DNA of 64,000 nt from the NCBI RefSeq assembly GCF_022539665.2, contig NC_081331.1, positions 13,082,001 to 13,146,000 on the forward strand, read 5' to 3'. This document shows positions 31,760 to 47,500 of the stretch, in pieces. Both the position numbers and the translations under genes were made by a program. The stretch comes from Daphnia carinata (lineage: Eukaryota). The notes below the pieces were generated by a model that was not told the origin of the DNA, did not search any database, and saw only the letters and a program-made list of their open reading frames with translations. Position 1 is the stretch's first letter; the number at the start of each line of letters is the position of its first letter.

Positions 31760-34700
31760 TTAGACGGGCGATCCTTCGTAAGCAGACATGGATGAGGTAG
31801 CCTGATGATCTCGAAGAATTAAACGCAGACGCTGTAGTTCCTGACTGGCTGTAATCAGCTCCGAATGCAACTGGAATTCACGCTCTTTTAATCGTTTGAT
31901 ATCACGCTGGCAGCTCTGTTTGGAAAAAAAAATAAAATAAAATTTAAACGAATGGCATTTAAATTTTGCTGCATCAAATTCTTAATAAAAAAAAAAAAAA
32001 TAAAAAAAAAGACTTACCACATTTTGTCTGAGTAGTTCCAACTTATCAAACTTGAGCTTGTTCACTTCCTGCTGGAGATTTTCGTTCTGTCTGATGTGCT
32101 CCTCTTCCGGCTGATGATGACCCTGTTCTTCGCTGGTGCTGCCGTAACAAGAACACGATTTGCCCGCCAACCTTTTAGCCGTGGCCGGCGTTTCGGCTGA
32201 CGACAAGCTTTCCATTCCCGTGTCGGAATCTTCAGTCGGCGGCCTCGGAGGCTGCTGGTGGTGCATTGTATTCACACCTGCCATCCTCGACCCGCTGGCT
32301 GATTGATGGATGTTCTCCATCTCAATGCTGTTGAGCGACGATTCATCGCTGTCGGGCACAGTCATACGAGCAATCCGAGATGGCGGAGTGTCTAACGATG
32401 GGCTGGTAGACGGCGAAGCCATGCCGGCCTGCTGGACGGCCAACTGTGTGGCTAAAGAAGATTTATCGGCCATGGCCGATTTGGTGGGCCCACTGAAATT
32501 GCTGCCTTTGCTGCTCAGGCGCAATGTGCTGGCCGGAGTTGAATCGGATGACGCATTCGACCAGTTCATGGAACCTTTTTTGTTGGAGGCTGCGCCAGCC
32601 AATCCGACAGCTGCCTGTTCTTGCTGCGATCGCCTAGCAGACGAAAGAGCTTTGCGAACAGTGTCGATGAAACGGGCCCCTCCGCCGATGGGCGCCGTCT
32701 GTTGGGTCGCTTCGGCCTTGGCGGGCGTTTCGGCCTGAGACGATCCGCTTAGAAGCGGCGACGACAGGTGTAGGAAGTCGCACGTTTTCTTGTGGAGATC
32801 CTCGACCAAATTAGACAGGAGGGCAGTACGCGTCCTCAACTCCAGCCGGGCAAACTTTTGGGCTTTGTAGCAAGCGTTTTCAGCGTTGAGGAGCTTGGTC
32901 AGCAGGAATTCACGCAACTCTGGGCCTTTGCGCATAACGGGTGGATCGGGCAGTGTGGGCCCGAAAAAGTTGACTCCATCGCGAGCCGTCACCGTAATTC
33001 GGTAGCGGACATTGGGTGTGCACGGGTCGATGGGCTGCACCACGATGAAGGCATGCAGAAAATGCGAAGCGATCATGTCTGGAGCAAAGGGTGTATTGTC
33101 CTCTTGGAACACGACGGCTACTATGTCATTACCTAGATGGTTGTTTCATCAAACGCGAGGTGAAAAGAATAAATGAGTTTTCTTTTTCTGGTGGTTGGCC
33201 CAAAACATCAGGATGGCCATGATTAGGTGGTTCATTCAAGAGCCATCTGTCTTACCGATATGCCGCTTCCTCTGCAGCTGCTGGGCATCGTTCTCCGTAT
33301 AAGGGAGGAGAGGCGCCACATGGAACATGATTTCGCGGTCGCGGAACGTCTCGTACAACGACTCGACGCCCGTCTGGCCAAACTGCGTGTCCAGACCTCC
33401 ACGATACCTAAAATAAGCATTTTGTAACAAATCAAACAACGATCGATAAATAAAATGTCAGACGAACAAGATGGAAACATGTTCTGCTCTTTCGGCGGTG
33501 CGCAATTTTTTTTTTTTCAAATAGACGTAAAACTATCGCATTTATTTGTAGTGTGTCCGTTAATAGCTCGAAAGACAAATGGAGCTGAGGATCTCTTTTG
33601 AATTGTAAATAAGGTTGAACGTTATTGCGCTTTTTTCCGTTCATTAATTCATAAATATCTGCCGTCATTTGCGCTGCCCAAAAAGCGATTATTCAAAAGC
33701 AAAAAAAAAAAATTAAAAAAAAAAAAAAAAAATAGGAGGCTCTGCGCGCGTCATCAATTACGGTCATCTCATCAGCGCATAATTGGTCGCTGGCTTCCCG
33801 CCGAGGAAATGCAAATAAGCCCCCGCCAAAGGAGAAAACAACAAAAAGAATTTTAACAGTTTTCATTTTTTTTTTTTTTTTTTTTTTAAGAGATGCAAAT
33901 ATAGCAAAAGAAGAATCGGCCAAGCGTTGTAAATAACCTCGCACATATTGGTTATTCAGTATCCACCCGCCATCATTCATCACGCGTCTCATCCATTCTT
34001 TTTTTTTTTTTTTTTTTTTTCCTTGTTCCATGCGAGACTTTGAAACCTATTGGTCCCGCCTATCTTACACGTTTCCCCTTTATTTTATTTATATATATAT
34101 ATTTTTTTTTTTAGGTCATCATTTCCAAAAACAAATGTGTAAAAACTAGTGAGACTGCGTAACGCACGTCGTGGACCGGAAGGCTCATCCATTTGGAATT
34201 ATTTTATTTACCCTTTGTGATCGAGCAGGTGGATCCTCTTTCCTAGGACGTCAAGGAACTCGTCGAGGGCGGGTGATGTGCCATTGTTCGAGAAGATGTC
34301 CTCTTCGGTCGTCTGGCCAAACCGCTGATGCAACAGGCCGAATTTGAAGTGGTTGACTAAGACGTGTTCGTCGTAGGCGGCGATCAGCGGCGACGACTTG
34401 GGCCACGAAACAGGTACGAATTTCTCGGTGCTCAACTCTTCGCATAGCAGCTGCAAAAAGAAAACAACAATGTAAGCGTGAATATTTAAATGGAGAAAAC
34501 TCCCGACATCATTTCTTCGATGACGATGGAAGAATCGCAGTGGGAAAAAGAAAAAGAAAAAAAAAAAAAATGCCAAGAGAAAAGAGAGAATGGGCTGTAA
34601 TCGAACGATGATGCTATTGGTCGACAAACAATAGGGTGTGGTTGCTATCGCCAAGTCACGGACCAAACGTTGCGCAGTTATTCAGTTTGGCTTTCTTTTT

Positions 34701-37700
34701 TTTTCTCAAAGATTTCTTCTTACTCGTCAACCTCAAACACACTTTGAGCAAAGAAAGAGAAGATAGGAACCGTGCACAGCTTCCTTGACACCAATCACGC
34801 CAGCATTTAACCCCATATTGGCACTCGTGTACACGCTACCCTCTTCTCGAAGAGGAACCTATTTTCTCAAGAAAAAAAAAAAAAAAATAAATAAAAATAA
34901 AACTTCAAACTTTCTACTTTCCCGCCGGTGGTATTTCGTTGAACGCTTTGAACCGTTGTGCGCGCCTTCCTTCATCTTTAATTGGTTTGGTTCGAGAATT
35001 TGGCCGCCCTGTTTCGAACGTTGCAACGCTTTGTCGGCTGCCTTTTCTCAAAGTGTGTTTCATTCATTTTGACGTTTGCTCACGATTTCGTGAGCCTCTA
35101 TTTTGTACAGAGTCTGAGGTCCCCGTATTAGTGGCGTCCATCATTCAAAGAGCATCTAGACGTAAGCTATCGTCCCTTGTTTTGTTTTGTTTTTTTCTTC
35201 TTCTTCATTCCGGAGAGCAAGTCGGTGGATTTACCTTGGCAAATCGAGAAGAAATAAGCCCGTTAACCGAGCTATCTTTGTCTGTTGCCCTTTGCTCATC
35301 GCATTCTAAAAATCTTCACGATCCTTCTCTCCAACGACTACAGATATAAAGAATCATGAAAAAAAAGCCGTGTGCGCGCGCAACCGTCCCTTTTTTTTTT
35401 TTCAAATTCCTTTCATATTTTTTTTTTTTTTTCAAATGTTATTTCTCTTTCTTTTTTGAGATCCGCGTTGAATATTTTTGATGGTATGGCTCGTGAGAGG
35501 GGGCCACCATTTTTTAAAGAGTCCCATTGAAAAAAAAAAAAAAAAAAAACCCGCCCAAAACAAATAAATTAGAGGGTAACTGTGACGCGGTAAAGGTCAG
35601 TGGTTTACCTGGTTTTCTTGGCCACACACACGCACAAACACAGAGAAAATTAAGGAGACGGTGAGATGACGTTAATGGGCTTTGTTCATCTAGTAGCAAG
35701 AGCAGAAGAAAAAGGGTGGTTTTTGAAGACAAACACCGAAATAAAACAAAAAAGGGCCGTCATTTCCATTAGCGTAGCTTGAGTCAAGGACCATTCAACT
35801 TGCCAACAGATGGTGCAGACAGTTGCTGGCCAAGTTCCGCACCGCACTCTGTTTTCCGTGTGTTGTGTGTCCGTCTTGCTTCGTTACGATCGCAACACGA
35901 GAAGAATGAGGTAGATAACACATTTTTTTTTTGTACGTATAAAAAAAGAAGATGCACTCACAGAAAAGAAAGAAGAAGAAAAATGAACGGTAAATAGCCC
36001 GGCGGTGGTTGGCGGCGCGTTAAATGGGCTGGGCGGATGACCCAACCAAAACGAATGCATACTCCTACTATCCATCTTTTTGGCTTTTCTTTTTTTTTTT
36101 TTTATTTTTTTTTTTTCCCGTTGGCTTATTTTACTCGTTTGTTGTCGTCACGGCAAGTGAGCACGTCACCACATTATTTCGAAATGGCGCAGAAATGGTG
36201 GATGAGGTGCAAGAACGAGCAGGATATGCATCATGAGAGACAGTCAAAATAGCCCCGGTGTCGGGAGGAGGAGGAAGAAGAAGAAGAAAAAACGGACAAC
36301 GTGCATTATTGCATTACAAACAAGACTCTCTTTGAGCTCCAAGGACACATGAAAAAAGCAAGGAAAAAAAAAAAGGTTCCTTATTTATCATTTCTTTTGA
36401 GAAATGACTGCGCTACACGTCACAGTTGGTTTGTTAAGACCCCGAGTTTTTTTTTTTTTTTTTTTTATACCTGGTGGGTTACCTCGGTAATGCCAAAATG
36501 CCAAGGCTCGCTGAACGCTATTTTTGTTTGTTTTGTTTTGTTTTTCTCTCGTTGCGATGACAGGACAGCAAGAGGAAACCAAATGGAAAGAAACAAGAAG
36601 AAAAAGATGAATCGAAAAAAAAAAAGAAAAATAAAACGTCCGCGGGCAAAACTGGAATCCCGGCCAACCGGCTCTCGTTGTTTGCCTCTTCTTTTGAAAG
36701 TTTGTCGTGTAGAAAATGTACAGAAAACGAGAGAAGGAAAAAAAAAAAAAAAAAAAAAAAAGAAGGTGGCGGATGTTACGACACTAATGGGCGAGGAACT
36801 CAACGACACTCGACACGGGGTGTGTGCACAAAGAAAAAAACCATCTGGCACGGACGCTGGTTCCATGGAAACCGAGCGAGATAGAACCAGGCAAACAAGT
36901 CGCCCACACCTTTAACACGTTCACACACTCAACACATCGAGGTGGGTAACAATTGCCTATCAGGGGAGCTATAAAAGTTCTCCAGTTTGCCATCAGACAT
37001 TACGAAAAATGTACACACAATTTTTTACACGAAAGTGCGGATTGTGTAACGCAAAATTGGGATCGAGAAGCAGGTGGATAGATGCGGTGTAAAAATATAA
37101 ATAAATATAAGAAATAGTTTTCCATACTTTGGCCATGCGGTGAGGCGATGCTTGGTCGCTGAGGCAAGTGGCCGGAACGACCTCGTGCAACGTTCCGGTC
37201 TGCAGACGAAGGATGAGCCGGACATAATCCTGGCCGGCCAACATTTCATGTTTCACCGACAATAAGACGGGCCCGAGCGCATCGTCCTGAGCCACAAAGT
37301 TCTGGTGTTCCTGCAAATGAAAAAGAAAAACAAACAAAATCAATAAGACGTTAGTTTAAAATAAAAAAAAAAAAAAAAAAAAACTAAGTAAAGAAACAAA
37401 GAGCTGCTCACGCTCGCTAAGACTATTACTGTCACTCTAATTGGTCAAGCGAAAATAAATAACATAAAAGCCTTTCTGTTCAGTATGCCCTCTCTCAACA
37501 ACTAAAATACATTAGACACTCTGTCCTTCACGACATACTCGACTTATTTCCCTTGGCTTTGGACGGAAGTAAGGTAGAGGAGGGGGGGATTTAACGACGG
37601 ACATGAGAGGTGCGCGAGGCATTCCCACGACGCTTCTCCGTCATTATCAAACATTCACACACACGCATAAAGAAGAGATACAATAATAACAAAAGAGCAT

Positions 37701-40700
37701 CAAGGACGTCGGCCATCCCTTCCCACGGGGGTGGCGTCTGATTATGCGGATGCATTTCCCATCGTGTTAAAACACGGAGACCCGTCCCCACATCAGGCGA
37801 AAATCTCACGTCTTCTGTGGTCCGTGTAGAGAAGAAGAAAACCGGAAACCACCAAATAACCCTTCACGATGAGACAAACCACCTCTTCCTACACTTCCCC
37901 TTTTTTTTTTCTCTCTTTTTCTCGTGGACAGGGTAATCGGAAGCGTTCCATCATTATGCCAGGAGCAGACTACTCTCCATCTAAAAACCGCGACACATTG
38001 AAAAAACTTTGATGAAATATGGTACGCCCTCCATTTTTCTTTTTTTTTTTTTAAACAAGATTTTCAATTTCTTTTTTTTTTTTTTTTTTTTTTGAGGGGG
38101 GATTCTGGAACCGATTATTGTAGAGTTTTGGAACTGTCCTCTTCGCTATTGTCCATTGATGTATTGTTCGATTTTTCGGTCGTTTTGTTTTCTTTTTTTT
38201 TTTCCCTTGGAAAATGGTTTTTTGTTATTGTCCAGCAACGCACCTGTTCACTTCAGGTGTGAGATAAAATAAGGGTGTACGTATCAAACTTCCCTCTTTT
38301 GATCGCCATATGCGGGTTCCAGCACCTTTTATTTTCGTGTAATCTTTTTTTTTTTTTTTCTTTCTCTTTCACAGTTGCTAGCAAAACCAGAATGTTTGAA
38401 TTGGCCAATCAAGTGGGGCGGAGGGCAGGTGCGAATGTACGGCATCAATGTATTGTGCGTGTTGTGCCACGATAAGGGATTTTTATGTTTTAATACTTGT
38501 CGTCGTCTACCTGGTGTCTTTTTTCCCTCGAGCAACACCAGCAACTTTCCCTACACGACCGTGTTCCACATCGTAAAAAAAAACAGAAAGAAAAGAAACA
38601 CCTGGAGGTGGGAGACGGTACTGCACACACATTCGACGAATCAAACAAAGAAGGGAATTTTTATCGATATTATTTTTGATTGCAATTGTTTACGGCCAAT
38701 AGCTGGAACAGGTTTTTTTTATTTTATTTTATTTTTTTCTATTTTTATCTTCCACCTACTTTGAAATGGCTATTCAAATATTTTTAGCGAGTGAGTCATT
38801 GCAATCACGAAATGTAAGGTAGCGAACCTGTTTTCCTCAGTCTACTACGTTTTGCGTAATAACACGAAACCGCTGCTTCGTGTTGCAAATCAAAAGTATT
38901 TGGAACGGAACTGTTTGTTTTTAAAAATAGGACACAGCCGAGCTACACATTATTATTTTTTTTTCTTTCATTCTGGTTAAGATAAAAAAAAAAAAAAAAA
39001 AGTCGGCCATTATTCCACAAACTGACTTGCTTTTGTTTTTGTACGTGTTCGTTAAGGCGTTTCGTAAACAAGTGTTGTCACCGTCGTGGGCCAACAGTGT
39101 GGAGAAAATTCAACCGGTGGCCCTGAAACACATCTGGAACGGCGTGTAACTGTTACACCATTTTTTTTTTTTTTTGGTTCATTTTCGACGGAGTAAATAT
39201 ATCGACGGGGGTAATAACCAACGTGAATACGACCAAAGTCATTTGAGAGTCGACCTCGTTTTCGTGTCCCTATTGGCATTTCGGTTTTTTTTTTAAACGG
39301 TTTGACCGACCAAGAGGAAACGCGAGGTTATTTAAAAATGGCGGAAACAGCTGGAACTTCTTTTATTTCACATTGAAAACTCAACGTCATTTTTTTTTTT
39401 TTTTTGTTTCCCCTCTCTTTTTTTCTTTATCTCAGTGTCTATATAATATCCCTTTTGTAAAAGAAACACACACACAAAAATGGGAGTAGCCTCTCTCTCT
39501 TTTCCTCCCCTTATTTTAATGACATTAGAAAAACGAGAAAGGGTGTGGACCTTTTTTCCTCATCATTTCGTTCTTTGCTCTAAAAAAGAAAAAAAAGGAA
39601 CCAGCTGAGAAGGGGAAAAAAAAAAATGATAAGAAAGAGAGAGAGAGAGAGAGGGGGGTCTTTGACCGGATGTAAGCAGTAGCCCATCTCCGCTTGCTCA
39701 CTCTATTCCATCAGTATACATTTAAACAGATGAAATGCATTTCCCGTTTCAAAACTTCCTACCTTGTCGAACATGACGTCACGAATCGTTTTATTTTAAA
39801 TCATTTCTTTTCACTTTGCGGGGAGGAGGGGACTTGGACGTATTTTTTTTGGCCTGATGCCTATCATCGACCGTGAATGTTTCAAAGGCAAAAATAATAA
39901 TAAAAACAAAAAAGAGAGACGGAACATTTTGATAATAAAAGGAAATGCTTTGGACAGGAAAAAAGGGAAACAAAAAAAACATAAAAGGCTTTTCGCCTCT
40001 GGTAAATGCGGATATGGCCAACCATTCAAGCTCGTAGTCAATTTTTTTTTTTTTTTACGGCCCATCCGTTTCCTCCTCGGCTGGATTCCCATCGTCGCCC
40101 CTCACAATAAAAAAGAGGGAAAAAAAAAAAAAAAAAATTGCGGTTTTATCCAGATAGGTACTTTCATCAGTTTGACGAACTTTATCATATAGGGAAACGA
40201 TCGTTTGCTAATATGGAAAGTATGACCGCAACTAGATGGATTTTTATACCAAAAAAAAAAAAAAAATGCTTATCTCTCCATGAGAACGAATGCGTCAACC
40301 GTGTCCTATGATTGTGGTTTACAATAAAACACATCAGAGGGGAGGGAAAAAAAAAAACAAAAAATTCTTTCCTAAAGCAAAAAAAAAAAATAAAAAGAAA
40401 AATAAAAAGAAATGACCGACCTAAAATGGCGGCGAGACCAAGGTCGATTAACGATCGTTACGTGTTTTTTTTTTTTTTTTTTTTTTTTTTGGCTGTCCGA
40501 TTTCTAATGGATGTTACGTAAAAAAAGGCGATACGGATAAAAATCTTGAAAAAGAAAATGGGCGGACGGAGGGGGGGGGGGTATCCATTTTCTCGTTGAA
40601 TTGCGTCTACATGTAAAAGATGTCAATCGAAATCGCACCCAAGTGAAAAGTATAAAAACGCATTAAGTCATTCGGGCTCCTCTCCTTTTTTTTTTTTTTT

Positions 40701-43700
40701 TTTTTTTTATCTCCGCCGGGGTCGATGAGTGCGGAGAAGAAGACAAGAAAAGGCATTAAAAACAATTGCACCTAGAGAACACGAAATGGTAGAGGTTATA
40801 TTACGCCAGACCGAAAATGAAAAGAGCATCGTGCGTTCACACGGGAATTCAGCTCTTTTGATTCCTCCGTTGAATTCCCCTTTTTCTATCCCTCTCCCCA
40901 ACAACTTGGCACTGTGATTACCAACGATGATGCTGTACTCCCTCCTTGTTTTGTGTGCCTCCCTTCTTCACCTCAACCACCACAACACAAGAAAATAAAA
41001 ATAAAAAGGCTGTTGTCTATCCATAGATGAAAGGAGAACCAGTAGAACTCTTCCAATTCTTTGCCTTACGGTTGCCCAGCTCTTCTTATATATATATATA
41101 GTGGGCCACCCAGCAATTATTATTACCATCCTATCATATCATAAAAAAAAAAAAAAAAAAGGAAAAAGAATAGAAGCACAAAAAAAAAAAAATGATGATG
41201 ATGATGATGAACGACGAGGGGGTTTGAGAGAACAAAGACATAAGAGGGTAAAGAAGAAACGGAAAAGAAAAAAAAAAACATGTTCATAAAATGCGCGTAT
41301 AAGAACATTTTGAAAAAAAAAAAAACGTAGTCCGGGTTTGGCCCGGCCGTTTCGATCGGCGCCAACGATCCATTTCACCTTGAATTCTCTACTCGTCTTT
41401 TTGATCATTCTACGCACGCATTGGTTTTTCTTGATGAGAGCAGATCGATTATTATAACAGCCAGTTCAAGAGAAAAAAAACAAAAGGCCGTCGGAAAATT
41501 CATCGTAAATGGGCGACTGATAAGAAAAGGGCGTAGCGAAGTGATGTACAATGGAGAGCAATCCAATGATTTTGCCATTCATTCCTTTACGCGTTGTGCA
41601 TAAGGAAGAGATACAAAAAAAAAAAAAAAAAAAAAAAGAGTTGTTTGCATAGAGGATTGCGTTCGGTCGTGATTTGTTCTTTGCCAATAAACAAAAACTC
41701 AAAGGCCAACCGTGAGTTGGTTACGGGAGGAAACCCCCTACACTCACTTCCCACGCCCCGTGAATCAAGCAAATAGTATTTTACATCTCACTTGTTCCTC
41801 TGTTTGAATCACCATAAAAGGCTCGCCAAGTAAAATGAATCGAAGAAAACAAAAACACGACCCCCTCCCCTCCGCACAAAGAAAAAATGAAAAAAAAAAA
41901 TAAAAAATAATTTCCCGTGTCGTAATCCGACAGAAAAGGCAGCAACGATGACTCTCTTTTGTTTTTAGCGCAGTGCTGGGGGTGAGGCTTGTCCCGCCGG
42001 ATATATTTTATTTTTTTAAAATATTTTTGCATTTTTTTTTTGTTTTTGTTTGTGGTACTTGTAATGCCAACTCTATAAAAGTGTGTGTATGAACACGACA
42101 CAGCTACCCTGGGCCATTTCGTCTGTCCATTAAGTCGAATGGAATTTTTTTGTTTTTGCCCAAACAAGACAAAAAGAAAAAAGGATATAAAAAACGGACA
42201 GCTCGGGTCGATAGGGCGGCTTTGCGTGGCAATCGATCCACACAACCGGACGAAGAGCGGGGGGGATGCAAGGCGACATGAAACTACAAGAGAGGCGTGG
42301 CCTTAAAACTATTGATTCGAACTTTGATCACAAAATCTTTTGTGATCTTCCTTTTAGTTATTCAATTTAATTTTAAGAAAGAAAAAAAGGAGCAACAGCT
42401 TGAGATGATGGACTCAAAGAGAAAGTTCAACAACGTTGGCAACAGCGGGGTTCAACAAGAAAAACAAAAAAGCGATACGATGGCAAAGTCACAAACTCTC
42501 GTTAAGTCAATACCCAAAAACAAAAAGGTGAAACTCAATTTTGAAAAAGAAAACAACAAAAAAACAAAAAAACAAAAAGAGATCAAGTTGAGAGACGGGG
42601 TTTAGGAGAACGGAATTGGAGAACAAAAGATCGAATACCCCGCTGAACTTTAACGCAAGATTGGAAAAAGTGAAAAACAAAAGCCGAGCGGCAATTGAAT
42701 GGCCTTGCCATTCGGAGTAGTCCCTGTCGTCGCTTGCGGTTACACGTCTCGTTTCTGCTGTCAGCAGGTCATCGTGATCTCTTTGCATTCTGGGGTAATT
42801 AAGGAACGAGGGGGTAACTCTCTCTTTCTTACTTAAACATGAACACGTACAAAGGAGCCGTTTTGTCGGGCAGGAAAACCGAAATCTGCGTGACACGTTC
42901 GGTGGATTTAAAGAGAAAAAAAACAAAAAAAAAAGGGAAAGTCGCGCATTTTTTTTTTTTTTTTTAAGGCGCGACAGCTGACACCTTTGACCTCATGCAA
43001 GTTTTGCCGATGGGCGATCGTGAAATGCGTAACCCGACGATTGCGCAATGTACACACCGCAGACAATTCACTTTCACGTTTGATCTTTTTTTATTATTTA
43101 AACTTAAAGAAAAAAAAAAAAGAAAAAAGAAAGAAATATAGCCACTCACTTTGCCGACGAAAAAACGGCGGTAACAGCGGGCCGTCTCGTCCAGCTCCAA
43201 CTTGCACGAAGCCGTCTGCGATGGATCGGCTGGCGCCGCTGCCGTCGTGTCGCTGCCGTCGTCGCACCAGTATCCGCCCGATCTTGGCAGCACCACCTGT
43301 TACATTCCAAACAATAAAGCGATGCGTTATTATTATTACAATTTTTTTTTTTTTTTTTTTTTTTTTTCATAGTTATTTTTTAAGTGGGATGATCGTTATT
43401 AAGCGAGCCCGTTTTACGTGCTTTCATTAGCACAAGTTCGTGGAAAGAGAACGGGAAACTATGAGCGAATAGCAAACTACATGAAAAATGCCTAGGTCAT
43501 CTAAATGCATCTCTCGTTTTTCTTCCGTTTTTTTTTTGTTTGTTTTTTTGCATTAAGTCTACTTTTAACGATGTGGGAATGCAGCCAACGAGCCCATTTT
43601 CTACTAGCCCATGTTCTTTAAAGAAAAAAAAAAATATTAAAATAGCTGGCAGCTTGCAGGTAAAGTCAGCGTTTTTCGTGCAAAGAAGTATCTTTTCAAA

Positions 43701-44559
43701 ACACTAAACATTTATTTTTTTTTTTACGTTGTATCTATTTATTTGATTTTAAGATTTGAGTTTTTTTTTTTCTTTTTTTCGTTTGCCTGCACCTGATTAT
43801 CATGTAGATGGCTTTCTTTCGCCTGACTGGCCTTTTAAAATAAAATGAATTCTCTTTTATTTTCCCTTTTTTTTTTTTTTTTTTTTTTTTCAAATTAAAG
43901 TTATTCATGTTGTTTTCGTACCATGGGATACGGTCCAGGTTTGGAAAGGACTTCTTCGAGAATGTCACGCGATGGATGCGCAGGTGGGGTCGAAATGGCC
44001 GCCGCCGCCCCGCCAGATTGCGTAGGTGAATCCGAACCTCCGGCTGATCCATTGGTGAACGCTCCAAGGTCGTTGTGGCTCCCTCTGCTTCCGCCGCTTC
44101 CACCGCTGCCACTCGGTTTGGGGGCTAATTCCAAATCCCGCGATGTGCTCTGGACAAACCGGAAGAGCAACGACATAAATACAGGAAGAGAAAATAAAAT
44201 AAAATAAATACCAATGTTTAAACCCCCCTCCCCCCCCCCCAAAAAAAGGGGAAGACCACACACATACAGCAAACTGGACATGGCATCGTAATAATCGCCA
44301 TTGGCTAAAAACCCTGGACTGTTCTTTATTATTTTTTTTTTTTTTAAGGTTTTCATTTTTGTTTTTGTTTTTCTACTGTTTCCTTTATTTCCACTCGTGT
44401 GTTAACCGCAATCTGAGGGCCATGGCACCTACCATCGTCATTAATGGCCATCTTGCCACTATACCCGATAGGTAAAATGACACGCGTCCACGTTTGTCTT
44501 TCACTCCTCCCTTTTTTTTTCTTTTTTCCTTGTGGTACACGAAAATACAATACCACTTG

Positions 44560-44591
<32 letters not shown>

Positions 44592-47500
44592 GGCGCATCT
44601 AGAAATAATGGTAATAAGACCAGAAATCGATTGGAAGTGCCTCCCTGCGCTGGAATTGCTAATCAGCGGCCGATCGATCATTGCCAGCCAGACGGACAGG
44701 AGGAGATTGGTCTTATAGATCGCTTTCTTGGTTTTCTCCATCGTCACGGTCAGCCGGGATCAGTCACACTACCCCCCCCCCCTCCCCCAGAAAAACAACC
44801 TACGTAATCAAGGCATGTACCATTTAAAGTTGATGGTACGAGGGGAAGAAAAAAAAAAAAATCATTTCATATACAATTTTCTTTTTGATTCTCCCACGTA
44901 AGATGTTGGCCCTTTTTATTTTTATTTTTTTTTTTTTTCAAAATCGATTATTTATTTTTAAATGTTTAAGAGGGGGGAACAAAAATCTAACGTGTCAGAT
45001 GACTGTACAGATGGGATGATCCCTCCTGCTGTCTTGGTTTTCCACTCCTTTTCTCTTCTAAAACTCGACAACAACAATAACATAATCCGGAGCAACCAAC
45101 GGACAATAGATCCTACTTTTTCCCTTTTTTATTTTATTTATTCCATTCTTATCTCTTTCTTCTCTTTAAACGCGTGTTTCTAGAAACGTTGACATCGATG
45201 TGTGTCTGTCTATTTACACAGAAAGAAAAGAAATATATCAAAAAAAAAAAAAAAAAAAGCCTTTAATAATTTCCGGTTGAGAGGGCCGCCATTCAACACT
45301 GTCTGGTTGTTAAGTCCGTGTTATGGGACACGGCGATACGTGCAACAATCACAAGCACACGCCAGCGTAGTCAAGGTGACGCGCGATTCTGATACCGTTG
45401 CCGACGAGAGAGAGAGAGAGACCACGGGTCCAAGGTAAATGAATAAAAATGGCTTCGCCAATCGGAACGGTGGTTTCCGACGGTAGAAACAAAACACGCG
45501 CAGCGCAAGAGACACACATCTTTGCCATAGCCCGCAAAACAGTGAGCCGGTGCGAAAAGAAATCTGAAATCGATTGCGCAATGCCCCACGTTCAATAAAA
45601 TCGAAACGCACACGTCTAGCGTTTTCGTTTTCTACAAGCGTTAGTGATGATAAATAATGAATGGCACAACACGACGGCTTGTGCCAGATGAACGATCCAT
45701 CCGTCGTGATTAATATGAAAAAGAGTGACGCAGGTGAAGAGGAGAAAAAAAAAAAAAAAAAAAAAAAGGGAGCGGCGTGTTGGATGAACGAGGAATGGGA
45801 AAACAAAAAACTTACGGCAGTTGAGAGCCGCGATTCGGATCGCAAACGTAACACGCCCATGATCATTGGAACCGCGTTTCAGGTTTTTCCTTTTTTTTTT
45901 TTTTCTCTCCCGAAAACTAAAACGGCCGACTCATCCAGAACCACCAGCACCAAGCAAAACTTTGTTTCCGATGAAACAAATGTCAACTGTCACACAACCG
46001 CCTGTGATTTTCGACCAGTTCCAGTTCAAACACACACACACACACACACACCCCGTCTGCTTGTCTTTTGATTTCAAACATACGCCAACACAAACAACTA
46101 AGTTTTAAATATATATAAATATTATATGTCTGTATGTATACACCGGCCTCCCGAGTTGGCAGACGCACAACACACACACAAGAAACACACACACACACTG
46201 GAGAAGAGAGGAGAAAAAAAAAACAACACACACACATACACACACGCAAGTCGACAGCTGTGAAGGAGAGTTGTAGCGAGGACACACCTGGCTTCTACCT
46301 GGTCCGACTCGAGACTGACTCGCTTCAACAGCCGACCAGCCGGAGCTCCCTCTCCCTCTCTCTCTCTCTTTGCTTGTATTTTCTTTCCCAGAGTGCGCCG
46401 TAAAAGGAAAAACGCAGGGCAAAAAGCGAGCGGAGTATGGACTTACACACACGCAGTGGGGGGAAGTGACTGTTGAGAAACAGACAGGAGTGAGAGAGAA
46501 CCCTCCTTTTGCTCGTTTCCATCGCTGGTCTTAACACACAGCTGCCCTCAACTCCTCCCACAGTCGTTCGCCTTCTTCTATTGTATATATCATCATTTTT
46601 AACATCACGCAGTCAAGTAAAGCAGCCCGGAGAATTCCAAATGAGCATTACTTGAACAAATCAAATAAAATATTGAAAGATACGACAGCCCGTTTCCATT
46701 TTTAATTGCGTACCGCGAACGGAACTTTTGGCTCGACGTTGTCTTTTAAAGTAGAATGTAAATTTTTAGTGATAAGTCCTCGCTTGTCTTGTCGATGACT
46801 CAACGCTTGGGCATTGCTTATTCTTAAGACGACACCCTCGAAGAAGTTAGAAAAAAAAAAAAATGTCGAACGTACTCGTTGATAAAGAGTCAAAGTACCT
46901 GGCAATCTAGCACTACGAAATGCTGCGACCGTTATAAAAGCTTGAGGGGCTATTTGAATACAGTGTATAGTGTACATCAAAACAAGCATGCATTCGTTGC
47001 GCCGTACGCTCTTCTTCGAGAATGGGGCGGAGCATTTCTTTTCTAGAAGAAGAAGAAGAAGAAGAACGAAAAGCTAGAAACAAGGAGAGCCCCGAAAAGA
47101 CGTTTGCCTTGATTTTTTTTCGAGAGGGGTTGCTACATTACTATAACTCGTCTCAAAAAGTTAGCGTGGCGCATTTTTTTCGTGTTGTTCTTATTCTCTA
47201 CCATGAGAGGCGTGACTCGGGTTTCATAGTCTTACGCACGAAAAAAATAAAAGAGAGGGGGAAAAGAAATAGATCTAAAATAATAACAACAATGAGATGG
47301 CAGGCTCTATCTAACGTGCTGGTTCTTATTCAACATTAATGGTCTTGTTAATTACTCCGCCCAGCATATCGACGGTCTCTTTTAAGGCACCGCGTCCCTT
47401 TTATTTTTGTTCAGGAAAAAAGAAAAAAAAAGTGCTCCCCTTTTTTAATTTCCATCTCATTTTCTATTTCGAATGGAGCATTGCAATATATAGAAAAGTT